A stretch of DNA of 64,000 nucleotides from Candidatus Thiothrix moscowensis (GTDB taxonomy: Bacteria > Pseudomonadota > Gammaproteobacteria > Thiotrichales > Thiotrichaceae). The notes under the pieces were generated by a model. The model ran no database searches. It had not been told where the DNA came from and saw only the letters and a program-made list of their open reading frames with translations. Positions 63,096 through 64,000 of this stretch are shown one piece after another. The DNA is taken from NCBI GenBank assembly GCA_016292235.1, contig JAEHNX010000017.1:574-64573 (forward strand), written 5' to 3'. Each line of letters opens with the position of its first letter. Position 1 is the first letter of the stretch. The position numbers were made by a program, and so were the translations under genes.

Positions 63096-63860
63096 ATGAT
63101 CAGTTATGAGCAACCGCTGAATGAAAAGATTCGCCTTTTGCTGCGTCTTGAGCTGCTGATGGGGCGTTTTGAGTACCATGTGTCCGGTGAGCCCATGCCG
63201 GAAGATACCGTAGCGGCATTACACCTATTGCTGGATTTGTATAATCTGTCGGCTCGCCTTGATATTAAAAGTGAAATCCTCAAGGAAATTGACCGGATCG
63301 GTCAGTCCACCCGCATGTTGATGCGTGAAGAAACTGCTGATACTGCCCGCCTAGATCCGGTGCTGGAAAAACTCAACCACCACAGTGATGTGCTCTACCA
63401 GCAACGTGGACAGTTGGGGCAGCATCTAAAAAATCACATGTTTTTCAATAGTCTGCGTCAGCGTTCCACCTTGCCTGGCGGTATCAACGGATTTGATATT
63501 CCCTTGTTTAATTATTGGCAGGCGCAGATATTGTCTGTTCGTCTGGAAGATTTGCAGGAATGGGTGGCTCCTTATGTCACAGCCAAGGCTGCTGCTACCG
63601 ACATTCTTAACCTGATGCGTGAGTTTTGTGAGCGGCGCGAGGAAGTGGGCAAGGAGGGTTTCTACCAGTCAACCTTGGAGGGGCGCAAACCTTATCAAAT
63701 GATGCGGGTGGAATTGCCTGACACGGTTGATTATTACCCTGAAATCAGTGCAGGCAAACAGCGCTTTACCCTGCGTTTCGTCAATGCCGACATGTTGGCG
63801 GATCGCGGCAAACAGATCACTAAGGATATTCCTTTCACCCTGGCTTTGTGCAGTTTCTGA
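63096..63860 (+). CDS. zapD: Cell division protein ZapD
   Basis: YEQPLNEKIR.LLRLE, PGG...FD.P, YPEISAGK.RF; follows coaE as usual. Confidence 0.92.
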   Translation: MISYEQPLNEKIRLLLRLELLMGRFEYHVSGEPMPEDTVAALHLLLDLYNLSARLDIKSEILKEIDRIGQSTRMLMREETADTARLDPVLEKLNHHSDVLYQQRGQLGQHLKNHMFFNSLRQRSTLPGGINGFDIPLFNYWQAQILSVRLEDLQEWVAPYVTAKAAATDILNLMREFCERREEVGKEGFYQSTLEGRKPYQMMRVELPDTVDYYPEISAGKQRFTLRFVNADMLADRGKQITKDIPFTLALCSF

Positions 63861-63863
63861 TGT

Positions 63864-63895
63864 AAACCCCTTTCGCCCGCAGACGGAAGGGGTTT
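63864..63895. terminator. Bidirectional hairpin between zapD and a convergent gene
   Basis: AAACCCCTTTCG-8 nt-CGGAAGGGGTTT. Confidence 0.6.
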
Positions 63896-63900
63896 CACCC

Positions 63901-64000
63901 TTAGCGTAATGTTTCCCAGATCGGTTTATCGGTTTTGGCAGGTGATTCCCACGAAGGTGTACCTGTTACGGGCGGCTTTGTGTCTGGATTTGGTGTTTCT
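63901..64000 (-). CDS. 3' end of an unidentified minus-strand gene running off the window
   Basis: Open frame ...PDTKPPVTGTPSWESPAKTDKPIWETLR* ending just before the hairpin. Confidence 0.4.
   Translation of the reverse strand, partial: ETPNPDTKPPVTGTPSWESPAKTDKPIWETLR

Overview
Chromosomal window from a Gammaproteobacterium. The SoxL-like periplasmic rhodanese and the gene repertoire suggest a sulfur oxidiser of the Thiotrichaceae (Thiothrix-like); this is an inference. Bases 1-24.7 kb are mixed accessory and housekeeping genes: a rhodanese plus a small Cys-tailed secreted protein, dtd, pip, a Crp-family regulator, znuACB, coaD, a YfhL ferredoxin, a five-gene secreted redox operon, a META lipoprotein, a HutZ-like relic, an ElyC-like gene, a membrane protein with a (Val-Ala)n hexamer tract, trmO, dacB and tamAB. 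Bases 24.8-56.4 kb hold the tRNA(Tyr,Gly,Thr)-tuf-tRNA(Trp)-secE-nusG-rplKAJL-rpoBC-str-S10-spc-alpha superoperon. The window ends with bioB-mnmG-rsmG-parAB, rpsT, coaE and zapD. The best candidate for an undescribed system is the minus-strand operon at 8075-13859. It appears to encode a split copper amine oxidase-like enzyme: a free N2/N3-like domain gene, a catalytically degenerate D4 paralog, and a D4 domain that keeps Asp/Tyr/3xHis but has a non-canonical A-Y-N-Y cofactor motif and two C-terminal carbohydrate-binding-like repeats. These are followed by a YtkA/FixH-like M-x-x-H-x-H lipoprotein and a MauG/MbnH-type (Tyr-ligated) di-heme enzyme. All family assignments come from motif recognition by eye; no database search was run.
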